A DNA stretch of 64,000 nt, taken from the IMG/VR virus record IMGVR_UViG_3300042368_000845, one strand, 5' to 3'. Positions within the stretch are counted from its first letter, which is position 1, and each line of letters opens with the position of its first letter. This document shows, one piece after another, positions 19,665 through 30,158 of the stretch. A program made the translations under genes and the position numbers. The notes below the pieces were generated by a model. That model made no database searches. It saw only the letters and a list, made by a program, of their open reading frames with translations, and had not been told where the DNA came from. The DNA is from an uncultured virus (IMG/VR IMGVR_UViG_3300042368_000845). Its lineage: Duplodnaviria > Heunggongvirae > Uroviricota > Caudoviricetes.

Positions 19665-20708
19665 ATGTCGGATACATCTATAACCATAACACAACAAGGT
19701 CAAGCAAGAACTATTACAGCAATAGCACCTGGAGTAGCATTATCTGGACCACAAGGAATACAAGGTCCAACTGGTGAACAAGGTTCAAGAGGTGCTACTG
19801 GTCCAACTGGTGCTTCTAATTTATATGAATTATTAGATGTTTCTATTGATCCAGAAACAGATTATCTTGATGGTAGGATATTAATCTATAGAACATCTGA
19901 AAATAAATGGAAAGTAGAAGATAACACAAATTTCTTTCTTCCTGCAAATAATGGTGCTACTGGTCCAACAGGTCCAACAGGATCTCAAGGTATTCAGGGT
20001 CCAACAGGATCTCAGGGTATTCAGGGTCCAACAGGATCTCAGGGTATTCAGGGTCCAACAGGTCCAACAGGATCTCAGGGTATTCAGGGTCCAACAGGAT
20101 CTCAGGGTATTCAGGGTCCAACAGGTCCAACAGGATCTCAGGGTATTCAGGGTCCAACAGGATCTCAGGGTATTCATGGTCCACCAGGTCCAACAGGATC
20201 TCAGGGTCCAACAGGTCCAACAGGATCTCAGGGTATTCAGGGTGTCACAGGTGCTACGGGTGCTACAGGATCTCAAGGCATTCAAGGTGTCACGGGTGCT
20301 ACAGGATCTCAAGGCATTCAAGGTGTCACAGGTGCTACGGGTGCTACAGGTCCAACCGAAGACAACATAACTCTATTCATTGATGCAACTCCAGATGACA
20401 TCACAACAGGGAACAAAGGTTATAAGCAGATTGCATATAACTGCGAGGCAATTGAATGGTATGTAATTTCAGGACAAACTGGCAGTATTGAGTTTGATAT
20501 CAAGAAATCATCATTTGCTAACTACCCATCTACAACATCAATAGTCGGTTCAGATTATCCAGGATTCAGTGGAGCAATGAAGGACTCCAATACTGGAATC
20601 ACCGCATGGAGTGGTTTATCGGCAGGAGATATAATTGATTTTGTAATAAATAGTAATACGGGTGTGCAGAGTGTTGGATTGTTTATAAAGATCAGGAGAA
20701 CATCGTGA
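19665..20708 (+). CDS. Collagen-like fibre protein
   Basis: Long [12 protein letters not shown] Gly-X-Y tract; L.EL.DV..DGRIL.Y module; globular C-terminus. Confidence 0.8.
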   Translation: MSDTSITITQQGQARTITAIAPGVALSGPQGIQGPTGEQGSRGATGPTGASNLYELLDVSIDPETDYLDGRILIYRTSENKWKVEDNTNFFLPANNGATGPTGPTGSQGIQGPTGSQGIQGPTGSQGIQGPTGPTGSQGIQGPTGSQGIQGPTGPTGSQGIQGPTGSQGIHGPPGPTGSQGPTGPTGSQGIQGVTGATGATGSQGIQGVTGATGSQGIQGVTGATGATGPTEDNITLFIDATPDDITTGNKGYKQIAYNCEAIEWYVISGQTGSIEFDIKKSSFANYPSTTSIVGSDYPGFSGAMKDSNTGITAWSGLSAGDIIDFVINSNTGVQSVGLFIKIRRTS

Positions 20709-23158
20709 AAGCAGCAGTAGATCACCATTTCGTAGGACAAACTGTTGGATTTACAGGAGGAATTCCTGCCGTTGGTATAACTGCGGGTGGTTATGATTCC
20801 ACCAAGACCATGCTTTCCTCGCTCATTCGCCAAGCCACGGGAGCAAACACAGAAGACAACTATATTTCTTCAAAGCCATCAGCCATTGTGAACATTCCTG
20901 AAGTGTTTTCTTCGGGTTCGCAGTTTATGCCATCTGTATATAAGTGGTCAGATAATATTTATTGGGTATTTACCGCATCAAATGCAACTGCTGCTGCCAC
21001 GAGAACTTTGGCTCTTACCGAGTTTAATTCTAACACTCAAACTTTGACATATAAAGGATTTATTACACTTTCGGGAACAACCGTTTCTGGAGTCAAGAAT
21101 GTCCGTTCTTTACGAGCAGTTGTCTATGAGCACACTACAGGAACAGTATCAACTAGCGGATCTTCCGCCACGATTGGTGGATCAGGCACGGGATTCACGG
21201 ACGAGAGGATTGCTGTTGGCGCAAGGATTGGATTTGGAACAACCGATCCCACGGCAGTCACCACATGGTATGAAATCACAGGAATAACAAACAACACAAC
21301 CCTAACGATCAATGCTCCCGTCACCCTGTCTGCTGGCACTTCATATGTTATTGAAGAGATACGAATTGTGGTTGCTTGCACACAGTCGGGTACTGGTGCT
21401 ATCGTTGTGAATAGCGGCGTTCATCTCATCAAGGGGTTGAACTACAGCACATTCTCTCAAGGCGGAACCACAATTACAGAAGCAACGACTGTTGATAACA
21501 TTCGTGCTTCATACCTGTTGACCGACGCAAGGATAAACTCTGCGCCAATCCAAACCTTCACAGTCACCATTGCTTCGCCAGGAGTCTTTACCTGCAATAG
21601 TCACGGACTGAGGAATGGAGATGTTGTTGTTTTGACAAGTACAGGTTCTTTGCCAACGGGACTTACGACATCACCGACGACTGCTGCAACGCTGTATTAT
21701 GTCATCAATGCAGAGGCGAATACATTCAACCTGTCAACCACTCTCAACGGAACTGCGATCAATACCTCTGGTTCTCAGAGCGGAACTCATACCATACACT
21801 CTCATGCAAAGAATGTGTCGGCAACTCTTGCTCTTGACAATGAGGTTAGCAAGACAGACCACAGCATCTACTTGGTGTCAACATATACAACCGCTTGTTC
21901 AATAACCAAGTACAACCTCAGAGCGGCATTGACTGTTGGTGCGATGGGTTCGTTCATTACCGCAGGAACGAGTCCAAGTGCCTATGTGCTATCCACAACG
22001 ACACAAGCGGTCACGGGAACACCATCACAGGTAAATTCTGGAAGAATATTTACAGTAAATCATGGTTCCGCATCTGGAATAAAAAGTCTTTACTTTACAA
22101 CAAACACAAGAATTTACCGTTGTCCATATGCCAATCTTACCAGTGGATCTATAACCTGGTTGGAAGACGCAATGCTTGAAGTCCCACCAGGCGGTAGTGT
22201 CACATATACCGCTACAACAACCATGTCACAGGTTGAATATTCGACATTACTCGACCGATTGTTCGTGACAACCACAAGTGGACGATTTGGAACCTATGTG
22301 ACCCCGTATGTCACGGATGGATCGCAGTTTGAAAAGTTGGTCGGTGCTAACTTGAACAGATTGAAGTTGACCACAACCGCTTCGGGCGCAATCGATGGTC
22401 TGTTCCCTCAAGCAACAATGACCATATGGACTGAAGATGGATGGATGTTCGCCATACCCGCAACCACGACATCGGGATCGAATTGGCTGTATGTATTCCC
22501 GTTCGGTGCAGATGCGTACTACGAGTCAACGACCCGTCAGGGGGTCATCACTCCAAAACTTGCAACTCCAAACGCAACTAAACTTCTCCATGCGTATGTT
22601 GACCATCAAGAATACGCTGGCGACTATGGGTTGGGATTCCCCGTTGAGTCCTACAAGATGTGGTATCGCACAAGTGGCATAGACGATAATAGTGGTGCAT
22701 GGACAGAAACTGCTATAGGAGCGGATTTGGAAGCCGCTGCTGTATCTGATTACATTCAATTCAAGATTGCGTTTGACATCATGGGCGAACTCTGCGTTCC
22801 CACTCGCATATACTCTATTGCTTGTTTGTATGAGGACTCCAATCAGGATTCACATTATCAGCCGTCTCTGTCAAAATCTTCTACGGCAAGCAAGATATTC
22901 GCATGGAAACAGGTTGCTGCATGGGGATCAAATATCCCAAATATGAGAATTCGTTTGTATGATGCAAGCAACAACAATGAACTACTGAATGATACTGTCA
23001 CTCTGTCCTCCTACGGTACATGGCAGTATTCGACAGATGGAACTAATTGGAGTTCTTGGAATGCGGCACAGGATACAGTAGGCAATTATATTCGCTACAC
23101 AGCAACTAGTTTTGGATATAGTGGAGTAACCGTTCGCGCACTTCTTACACAGGCATAA
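20705..23158 (+). CDS. Large tail/fibre-associated protein (817 aa)
   Basis: Thr/Ser/Gly-rich; [17 protein letters not shown]...G.LPTGL...YYV module common in tail proteins; visibly more GC-rich than flanks. Confidence 0.65.
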   Translation: MKAAVDHHFVGQTVGFTGGIPAVGITAGGYDSTKTMLSSLIRQATGANTEDNYISSKPSAIVNIPEVFSSGSQFMPSVYKWSDNIYWVFTASNATAAATRTLALTEFNSNTQTLTYKGFITLSGTTVSGVKNVRSLRAVVYEHTTGTVSTSGSSATIGGSGTGFTDERIAVGARIGFGTTDPTAVTTWYEITGITNNTTLTINAPVTLSAGTSYVIEEIRIVVACTQSGTGAIVVNSGVHLIKGLNYSTFSQGGTTITEATTVDNIRASYLLTDARINSAPIQTFTVTIASPGVFTCNSHGLRNGDVVVLTSTGSLPTGLTTSPTTAATLYYVINAEANTFNLSTTLNGTAINTSGSQSGTHTIHSHAKNVSATLALDNEVSKTDHSIYLVSTYTTACSITKYNLRAALTVGAMGSFITAGTSPSAYVLSTTTQAVTGTPSQVNSGRIFTVNHGSASGIKSLYFTTNTRIYRCPYANLTSGSITWLEDAMLEVPPGGSVTYTATTTMSQVEYSTLLDRLFVTTTSGRFGTYVTPYVTDGSQFEKLVGANLNRLKLTTTASGAIDGLFPQATMTIWTEDGWMFAIPATTTSGSNWLYVFPFGADAYYESTTRQGVITPKLATPNATKLLHAYVDHQEYAGDYGLGFPVESYKMWYRTSGIDDNSGAWTETAIGADLEAAAVSDYIQFKIAFDIMGELCVPTRIYSIACLYEDSNQDSHYQPSLSKSSTASKIFAWKQVAAWGSNIPNMRIRLYDASNNNELLNDTVTLSSYGTWQYSTDGTNWSSWNAAQDTVGNYIRYTATSFGYSGVTVRALLTQA

Positions 23159-23159
23159 T

Positions 23160-23300
23160 ATGGATGATATAATTTTCTATAGCGCATACTTTTTTCTTGA
23201 TATGCCAATACAAGAGATTGGAACTGTATCTAAGTTAGAACCAGACGGGTCTTGGTTTGAGTTGAGATTGGCTTTGCCTGAACGAATCAGCATTGCATGA
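23160..23300 (+). CDS. Small hypothetical protein (46 aa)
   Basis: ATG directly after the previous stop; MDDIIFYS...ERISIA*; not in ORF track. Confidence 0.4.
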   Translation: MDDIIFYSAYFFLDMPIQEIGTVSKLEPDGSWFELRLALPERISIA

Positions 23301-23382
23301 TGTTTGATACTTAAAGCTTGTATATTAAAGGTATAAGTGGTGGAGAATTTTCGACAGCAACAGATATTTAAAGGAAAATATT

Positions 23383-23814
23383 ATGCCAGCATCAAGATAT
23401 GACATATACGCAGAACAAGGAACAACATTTAAACTTCATCTTGATTACAAATATCAAGGTGGAACTGGTATTGATTTAGCAAATTTTACTGGTGAATTGC
23501 AAGTAAGACGATCATCAAAAGATTCTAATGTTATTTTATTTTTAAGTAATAGGGGAGTCACTGGTGGTGGAAATACAGGTGAATTCATCGCAGGAACAAA
23601 TGGTATTGCTGGTATAGGTGGTATAAGTTTTAATACTTCTATAAGTGGATCTACTGGTTATACTGGTGGTATCTTATTGCGGGTAGATGCAAATACAATG
23701 AAATTTGTTCCAAATGGAAAACATTTTTATGATTTTGAAATTACAAATACTTTGGGAGAAGTGTCAAGATTAATTGAAGGTAGTTTTGAGGTATCTAGAG
23801 AAATAACGAGATAA
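23383..23814 (+). CDS. Virion structural protein (baseplate/fibre attachment, BppU-like N-domain type)
   Basis: YDI..EQG.TF..L.Y, IDL..FTG.LQVR, FYD.EI....V.RLIEG.F.V..E.TR pattern. Confidence 0.6.
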   Translation: MPASRYDIYAEQGTTFKLHLDYKYQGGTGIDLANFTGELQVRRSSKDSNVILFLSNRGVTGGGNTGEFIAGTNGIAGIGGISFNTSISGSTGYTGGILLRVDANTMKFVPNGKHFYDFEITNTLGEVSRLIEGSFEVSREITR

Positions 23815-24878
23815 TGTCAAATATAGGTAATATCGCCACACTAACAATTACCTCATTTCAAAGTGTTGGTGAGTTATCTATTACCTCATTTCCAGTATCA
23901 AAAAATTTAGTAGTAAATAATAATTCATCCTCAACTATAAATGTTAGTCCAAATATTGTAACTAAATTATTAGTTGAAAAAACATCTACACCTACTATTT
24001 TATATCCATCTTATCCTGGTGTTGCTTTATCTGGTCCTCAAGGTATTCAAGGTATTCAGGGTCCAACTGGACCAACTGGACCTACTGGTAGTATAGGTCC
24101 AACTGGACCCACTGGATTGGATGGTATTTCTGGTTACGGATATACTGGTGCTGAAGTAATAAATGGATTTCTTTATATTTCACAAGTAAATCCTGTAGGA
24201 ATTATAGGTTCTCCATATTCTATTGGATATGTTCGCGGAATCACTGGTCCTACTGGACCAACTGGATCAATAGAAGTTTATGTCAGAACTTTAGAGGGTC
24301 TTTCAGGTAATATAGACTTGTATCCTGGAAGGGCAATGTCGATTGGTGCATGTGGTCCAAATTATATTATTTTCAGTGTAAATAAAGCACAGACTGATAA
24401 ATCATATAGTGATTCTTCTGCTGGTGTTGCTGTATTTGATTCTGATGATTTTAGAATTGCTGGAGATGGAATTGTAAGATTAAATAAAACAACACTTAAA
24501 TCACAATCTGGTAACTTTTCGTCTGCAAGTGATTTTTCTGTTACTTTTCGTGGTGGTACAGGTCAGGCAATATCTACACAAATAAATGGCAACGATTTAT
24601 ATTTTAATATTGCAAAGGCAAGCACTGGTGTTTGTGGTGTTGCTTATTACGATTCTTCAGATTTCAATGTAGCAACTGATGGTAAAGTCACACTAAATGG
24701 TGCTGTCAGGTCTTTAAATGGATGTACTGGATTATTGGGTATTTGTGGAACTTCTGGGGAAATAGAAGTAACAAAAAGTTGTCCAAATATTATAATAGGT
24801 CTTCCAGATTCAGTAAATATAAATAATTTAAATATTTCGGGGTCAATAACTGGTCTTATCGACGGCGGTTTATATTAA
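23814..24878 (+). CDS. Collagen-containing fibre protein
   Basis: [13 protein letters not shown] shared with 19665; GVA.FDS.DF repeats; C-terminal IDGG.Y. Confidence 0.7.
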   Translation: MSNIGNIATLTITSFQSVGELSITSFPVSKNLVVNNNSSSTINVSPNIVTKLLVEKTSTPTILYPSYPGVALSGPQGIQGIQGPTGPTGPTGSIGPTGPTGLDGISGYGYTGAEVINGFLYISQVNPVGIIGSPYSIGYVRGITGPTGPTGSIEVYVRTLEGLSGNIDLYPGRAMSIGACGPNYIIFSVNKAQTDKSYSDSSAGVAVFDSDDFRIAGDGIVRLNKTTLKSQSGNFSSASDFSVTFRGGTGQAISTQINGNDLYFNIAKASTGVCGVAYYDSSDFNVATDGKVTLNGAVRSLNGCTGLLGICGTSGEIEVTKSCPNIIIGLPDSVNINNLNISGSITGLIDGGLY

Positions 24879-24905
24879 TATAAATAGAAATAAGGATAAT
24901 TAATC

Positions 24906-26564
24906 ATGTCTACCATTAAGATTAAGAGAACAACGGGATCTAGCGCACCAACTGGACTTACATTTGGTGAACCAGCATATGTACAGGGATTAAAATCTCT
25001 TTATATGGGTCAAACAGCAGGAGATCCTGCAATTCGAATTGGTGCTGAGGTAGACACAAATACTTCTCTTGGTTCGAGTGATAATAAATTACCAACACAG
25101 AATGCCGTTAAGACATATGTTGATAATGCTGTTGCTGGTGCTGGTACAAATACATTTAATCAGATCGCAGTATCTGGTCAAGATGGATTGACTGCTGATG
25201 CCGCAAGTGATGTTTTAACATTCGCTGCTGGTACTGGTATAGCATTAACGACTACAGCAGCATCAGATATAGTAACATTTACCAACGTAGGTGTTCAATC
25301 TCTTGCTGGAACCTCGAATCAAATTACAGTTTCTGGATCTACTGGTGCTGTGACATTATCACTTCCATCAACGGTCACTGTTCCTGGAGCATTGAACGTA
25401 ACAACCAATCTAACGGTTACTGGTAATTTAACAGTAAACGGAACTACCACGACTGTAAATAGTGACGTAATTACGGTTGATGATCCTGTTATTATCTTGG
25501 GTACATCTGGTGGCGTTCCAATCGCCGCATCTGATGGTGGTAAAGATCGTGGTATTGCATTCAATTATTTTGATACCGCTGGAAGAACTGGTTTCTTTGG
25601 TTATGATGCGAGTGCAAATGAATTTGTATTCATGAATCGCGCCACAGTAACTAATGATGTTGCTGCTGGTTTATCATTCGGTAATGTTCGCGTTGGTTCT
25701 TCATTAATATTGCAACCAAATGCTGGTTCAACCAATACTATAACTGCACCAGAAAGTGCTGGTAATAGAATATATACATTAAGTGCAGACTACGGTGGTG
25801 AATTGGTTGCATCTGGAACTTATCCAACAAACACTGGATATATTCTCAAATCAAATTACTCTTTAGGTACTCCTACAGCACCAACATGGATAGATCCATC
25901 GGCAGCAGGATTTACTGCATATGCTTCAACTAGACTTGCTACTGCAAGAACTATAGGTATTACTGGAGACATTGATGGCACTGCTACATCATTCGATGGT
26001 ACAGCAAATATTAATATATCAGCACAGATTGCTGCTGGTTCTATTGTTAACGCAGATATCAATGCATCTGCTGCCATAGTAGATACTAAACTTGCAACGA
26101 TTTCAACCGCAGATAAAGTTTCTATCTCAGCACTTAATATTGATGGTGGTACTGATATCGGTGCAGCACTTGCTGACGCTGATCTTATCATTGTCGATGA
26201 TGGTGGTGCTGGTACAAATAGAAAATCAGCAGTAACTAGAATTTATGAATATGTGTTCGGTAAAGTTTCTGGTGATATCACAATCAACTCAACAGGTGTG
26301 GCAGCAATCGGTTCTGGTGTAATCGTTAATGCTGATATCAATGCTTCAGCAGCAATTGCTGATACAAAACTCGATACAATTTCTACAGCAAATAAGGTAT
26401 CGCTTACTGCTCTAGATATAGATGGCGGCACAGAAACCACAACTATCGTTGGGTCAGACCTTCTCATAGTTGATGATGGAGCAAACGGAACAAATAGAAA
26501 AGTAACTGTAAATAATTTGTTTGGAGCAAATAGCACAGCAACAGTTGACGGTGGTTCTTACTAA
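24906..26564 (+). CDS. Tail fibre-like protein
   Basis: TATAAATA at 24879-24886; IKIKR...APT.L..GEPA N-terminus; VTGNLTVNGTTTTVNS...DDP..KDRGI; duplicated INASAAI.DTKL.TISTA.KVS repeat. Confidence 0.75.
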   Translation: MSTIKIKRTTGSSAPTGLTFGEPAYVQGLKSLYMGQTAGDPAIRIGAEVDTNTSLGSSDNKLPTQNAVKTYVDNAVAGAGTNTFNQIAVSGQDGLTADAASDVLTFAAGTGIALTTTAASDIVTFTNVGVQSLAGTSNQITVSGSTGAVTLSLPSTVTVPGALNVTTNLTVTGNLTVNGTTTTVNSDVITVDDPVIILGTSGGVPIAASDGGKDRGIAFNYFDTAGRTGFFGYDASANEFVFMNRATVTNDVAAGLSFGNVRVGSSLILQPNAGSTNTITAPESAGNRIYTLSADYGGELVASGTYPTNTGYILKSNYSLGTPTAPTWIDPSAAGFTAYASTRLATARTIGITGDIDGTATSFDGTANINISAQIAAGSIVNADINASAAIVDTKLATISTADKVSISALNIDGGTDIGAALADADLIIVDDGGAGTNRKSAVTRIYEYVFGKVSGDITINSTGVAAIGSGVIVNADINASAAIADTKLDTISTANKVSLTALDIDGGTETTTIVGSDLLIVDDGANGTNRKVTVNNLFGANSTATVDGGSY

Positions 26565-26581
26565 TTACATGGAGTTAATTT

Positions 26582-27088
26582 ATGGAAAATGTGAATTATA
26601 ATGAAAAGGTGTTGTTGCCATTTCTTGAAAAGAAATGTAAAGATCTATTGAATTTAAATTTTGTATTAGAAGCAAAACTTCTAGTAGAACAAAACAAAGT
26701 CAAAGATTTTGAAAGTCATATTCAGAACGAGAATGATCAAGTTCAACGACTTTTAAATGATTTGCAACATGCAAATACAACAATAAATCAGATTCAATCT
26801 GAAAGAAATAGAATTGAGTCTGAGAGAAATGAATTACTTTCAAATGATTTGCAACATGCAAATACAACAATAAATCAGATTCAAAATGAAAGAAATAAAT
26901 TTGAGTCTGAGAGAAATGAATTACTGAATAAGTGTATACGAGAAGAGTCGTTGAAGAACAATGCCATATCAGAATACAACTCATTGAATGCTAAATACAA
27001 TGAGTTGTTGGAAAAAATAAAACTACTCGAAGAAGAGTCAAAGAAGAAGTCTGTTAAGAAAGTTACTCATACAGCAGCAATGATTTGA
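26582..27088 (+). CDS. Coiled-coil protein with 29-aa tandem duplication
   Basis: Heptad-rich; NDLQHANTTINQIQ.ERN..ESERNELL twice (87-bp period). Confidence 0.65.
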   Translation: MENVNYNEKVLLPFLEKKCKDLLNLNFVLEAKLLVEQNKVKDFESHIQNENDQVQRLLNDLQHANTTINQIQSERNRIESERNELLSNDLQHANTTINQIQNERNKFESERNELLNKCIREESLKNNAISEYNSLNAKYNELLEKIKLLEEESKKKSVKKVTHTAAMI

Positions 27089-27089
27089 T

Positions 27090-28556
27090 ATGGCAAAAGT
27101 AATCACCAAAAATTCATTCACACCTGGTTCTGCTCCATCTGGTTTATCTGCTGGAGAGATCGCAGTCAATGTTGCCGACAAGAAAATATTTGTTGGTAAT
27201 GCTGTTGGTGGTGTTGTAACTTTGCATGATCAAAATGCAGTTGTTACTTCGGTAAATGGTGCTACTGGTGCTGTTACAAATATTAATGCAGCAACTTCTA
27301 CGATAACAAATACAAACAGTTCATCAACATTCTATCCTGCATTTGTTGGTGGAACAGGTAATACTGGATTTTTCATAGATGCTGTTTCTACACCATTAAG
27401 TTATGTTCCATCTTCTGGAACCGTTAGTGCAAGAGCATTTGATGCTACTTTTACAACAAATCAAGTTAAATTAGATGCTGCATTGGGTTCTATATTCAAT
27501 ACAGATGGAACGAATACAAATACAGTTGTAGCGTATGGTTTTGAATATAGTGGTGCTTCTCCATATTTAATTTCTTCGGGATATCAAAGAATATTTTTAG
27601 TCACACAAGGATTACAAATATCTGATGGTGATTATGATCAGATCTATGGTCCGTCAACTTGGGGTTATACATTCCCTGCTTCAAATGGAACTAGCGGACA
27701 GGCAATGCTCACAAATGGAAGTGGGCAACTTTATTGGGGTACAGTTTCAAGTAGTTCTTCATCTGGTGTATCGTCATTCAATGGACTAACAGGTGCAGTT
27801 GTCGGTGTCTCATCAGTAAATGGACTAACAGGTGCAGTTACGAATGTTGCCAGAACAAATGAAGGAAATACATTCAGCGTTCTTCAAGTTATGAATGCTG
27901 GTATAACATCCGCTAGTCTTTATGTGACAAGCGGAACAACACTTGGTACTTTATCTGCTACATCAACAAGCAATACTGTGGACATCATTGCCTCTACCGA
28001 TGGTGCGGGTCTGCGAATTGCACAGGCAACATCTGGTGCTTCAAGCAGAACTGGTGCTATAAGACTTGGAAGAGCGTCAACATCAACATTCAATACTTAC
28101 CTTGAAAATGTTGCTGGTGTATTCACGATATACAATGGAGTTGGAAATACTGGTACAAATCTATTTAATATTGATACCACCGATGCTCAATTTAATGTTC
28201 CTATTGCTGGAGCAACTTTTAGTGCTGCTGTTGTTTCTGACGGTGGATATAGAATCACTTCAAATGCAATCAATGCCCTGACAGGAACGACATATTCTTT
28301 ATTAACTACTGATAATGGTAAAATCATTACATGGAGCAATGCTGGTGGAGTTACCCTCACCGTTCCATCAGGTTTGCCTGTAGGATTCAATACTACTGTG
28401 ATTCAGATAGGTGCTGGTGCAGTTGGAATCACTGGATCGGGAACAACACTTAATAGTTTTGAAGGTAAACGTAGGACTGCTGGTCAACACGCTGCGGTAA
28501 GTATTATATCTTACAGTAGCAATGTGTTCAATATTGCAGGAGGGTTGACCGCATGA
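27090..28556 (+). CDS. Tail fibre-like protein
   Basis: P.GL.AGEIAVN.AD.KIFVG, V.SVNG.TGAV repeats, C-terminal Y.L..TDNGK.I...GF...VIQ.GAG module. Confidence 0.75.
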   Translation: MAKVITKNSFTPGSAPSGLSAGEIAVNVADKKIFVGNAVGGVVTLHDQNAVVTSVNGATGAVTNINAATSTITNTNSSSTFYPAFVGGTGNTGFFIDAVSTPLSYVPSSGTVSARAFDATFTTNQVKLDAALGSIFNTDGTNTNTVVAYGFEYSGASPYLISSGYQRIFLVTQGLQISDGDYDQIYGPSTWGYTFPASNGTSGQAMLTNGSGQLYWGTVSSSSSSGVSSFNGLTGAVVGVSSVNGLTGAVTNVARTNEGNTFSVLQVMNAGITSASLYVTSGTTLGTLSATSTSNTVDIIASTDGAGLRIAQATSGASSRTGAIRLGRASTSTFNTYLENVAGVFTIYNGVGNTGTNLFNIDTTDAQFNVPIAGATFSAAVVSDGGYRITSNAINALTGTTYSLLTTDNGKIITWSNAGGVTLTVPSGLPVGFNTTVIQIGAGAVGITGSGTTLNSFEGKRRTAGQHAAVSIISYSSNVFNIAGGLTA

Positions 28557-29023
28557 TTATTCCTAGTTCAACCCACGGTGTCATTGCTTCTAGTAGACCA
28601 AGAGTGGTCGCTGCTGGTGGTGGGGGTGATGTCACTCCAAACGCTGTGAATTGGGCAGATCTTTCTTATGACAATGATAGCGGTTTATATGGTTATTCAG
28701 AAAAACAAATAACAGGCATAAACGAAACTATAACTTTAAAAGTGGAACTCAATAACAGCTTTGGGTTTACAATATATTATTTTGTTTCGAGTAGTGCTGG
28801 TGCGAAAGTTTCAGGCGATGCGACATCGGCAACAAGTCCATCTGGTTTTGGTATGAACTCGATTGCAAACAATGGAACATTTACAGTCACAAATAATCAG
28901 TATGTAACATTTGGTGCAACGATATCTTGTTTTATAAGCAATCCTGTAGTAACAGTAAAAAACCAATCTGACAGCAATGCAACACTTGACACATTTTTGC
29001 TTACATACGGAGGAGAATGTTAA
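28553..29023 (+). CDS. Fibre-associated protein
   Basis: ATGA overlap with fibre gene; HGVIASS N-terminus, DVTPNAVNW module. Confidence 0.55.
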   Translation: MIIPSSTHGVIASSRPRVVAAGGGGDVTPNAVNWADLSYDNDSGLYGYSEKQITGINETITLKVELNNSFGFTIYYFVSSSAGAKVSGDATSATSPSGFGMNSIANNGTFTVTNNQYVTFGATISCFISNPVVTVKNQSDSNATLDTFLLTYGGEC

Positions 29024-29029
29024 TAACAT

Positions 29030-29095
29030 ATGCCACTCAATTTTCCAAACTCACCTTCACTAGATCAAATATACACCGTTGGTTCAAACTCATGA
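29030..29095 (+). pseudogene. Relic N-terminus of an MPLNFP-type fibre gene
   Basis: MPLNFPNSPSLDQIYTVGSNS*; TGA falls where paralogs 15616 and 17680 have Trp. Confidence 0.65.
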
Positions 29096-29196
29096 CAATA
29101 GTAATGCAACCAAAAGGAATTGATATAATTCATGAGGCATACATGTATTTTAAAGGATATGCACAAGAATTCTATGATGCACAGGATGTTTAATAT

Positions 29197-29224
29197 TTGA
29201 CAAGTTAATTATTTGTGATATAAT
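29197..29224 (+). promoter_or_regulatory. Sigma70-like early promoter
   Basis: TTGACA-16 nt-TATAAT with TG extended -10. Confidence 0.75.
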
Positions 29225-29230
29225 TTTATT

Positions 29231-29761
29231 ATGAACACTCTAAAAGTCTACAAAAAATATCCAGATGTAAAAAATATTGAATTTGCTACAAAAAATTCAG
29301 CATGTTTTGATATCTGTGCATACATTCCATATCAACAATCTGTAAAAGCATTTACAACGACAAACGATGATGTAGAAAAACTAGCAGTTCAGGAAGTAGG
29401 ATCTGAATGTTTTATTGAACTTCCTCCTCAATGGAGAGCATTGATTCCTACAGGTCTTGTGCTCGATATTCCAAATTTTCACTGCGTTAAAATTTATGCA
29501 AGGTCTGGTCTTTCTACTAAAAAGGGATTGAATCTTATCAATTCTACTGGTATAATTGACCCTGATTATGTTCAAGAACTTTTTATTCCTATCTTTAATA
29601 ACTCTCAGCAGAAGTTGAGAATTTCAAATGGAGATAGGATTGCACAAGGTAAACTTGAACTCTTGACACTACATGGCATAGAATACATAAATGAACGACC
29701 AGAACGAAAAAGTGATCGTGATGGTGGATTTGGATCTACTGGAGTAAATTATGCGAAGTGA
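29231..29761 (+). CDS. dut: dUTPase (trimeric)
   Basis: SACFDI, IPTGL, ARSGL, GIIDPDY, GDRIAQG, RDGGFGSTG. Confidence 0.92.
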   Translation: MNTLKVYKKYPDVKNIEFATKNSACFDICAYIPYQQSVKAFTTTNDDVEKLAVQEVGSECFIELPPQWRALIPTGLVLDIPNFHCVKIYARSGLSTKKGLNLINSTGIIDPDYVQELFIPIFNNSQQKLRISNGDRIAQGKLELLTLHGIEYINERPERKSDRDGGFGSTGVNYAK

Positions 29762-30158
29762 AGAACTATTTAAAATCCATGAACAAATATGCAATGAAGC
29801 ATTAGAACTCATGAAAAAGAAAAACCATGACTATGCTGGTAAATCTGGAAATGATCCATTTGCCAACTTTACTAGAGCAGAAGCCATGGGAATCACAACG
29901 ACTGAAAAGGGAATGCTTGTCCGAATGCTCGACAAGATGAGTCGTTTATCTTCTTTTATGGATGCAAAAGAATTCAAAGTTGAAAATGAAAAATTAGAAG
30001 ATACGATTAAGGATATGATAAATTACTCTATTCTTTTATATGCATACATGCAAGATAAGAATGAGTCACCACCATATACTGACATTGATTATATTGATAT
30101 AGAGTGGAATAATAAGGGTGGAATTGTTCCTGATTCAGAAGATCCGAAGGTAGTATGA
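29751..30158 (+). CDS. Nucleotide-modification-associated (DUF1599/Nmad1-like) protein
   Basis: KKNHDYA..PFANF, LVRM.DK.SRL, EDT..D.INY. Confidence 0.7.
   Translation: MRSEELFKIHEQICNEALELMKKKNHDYAGKSGNDPFANFTRAEAMGITTTEKGMLVRMLDKMSRLSSFMDAKEFKVENEKLEDTIKDMINYSILLYAYMQDKNESPPYTDIDYIDIEWNNKGGIVPDSEDPKVV

Noticed and set aside
19881..20370. Alternative-frame and antisense repetitive ORFs over collagen tracts
   Set aside because: By-products of stop-free tandem repeats
29030..29104. Stop-codon reassignment (TGA=Trp or TAG recoding)
   Set aside because: TGA ends many conserved genes correctly (gmd, gp41, uvsX), core genes have no internal stops, and further stops follow this TGA
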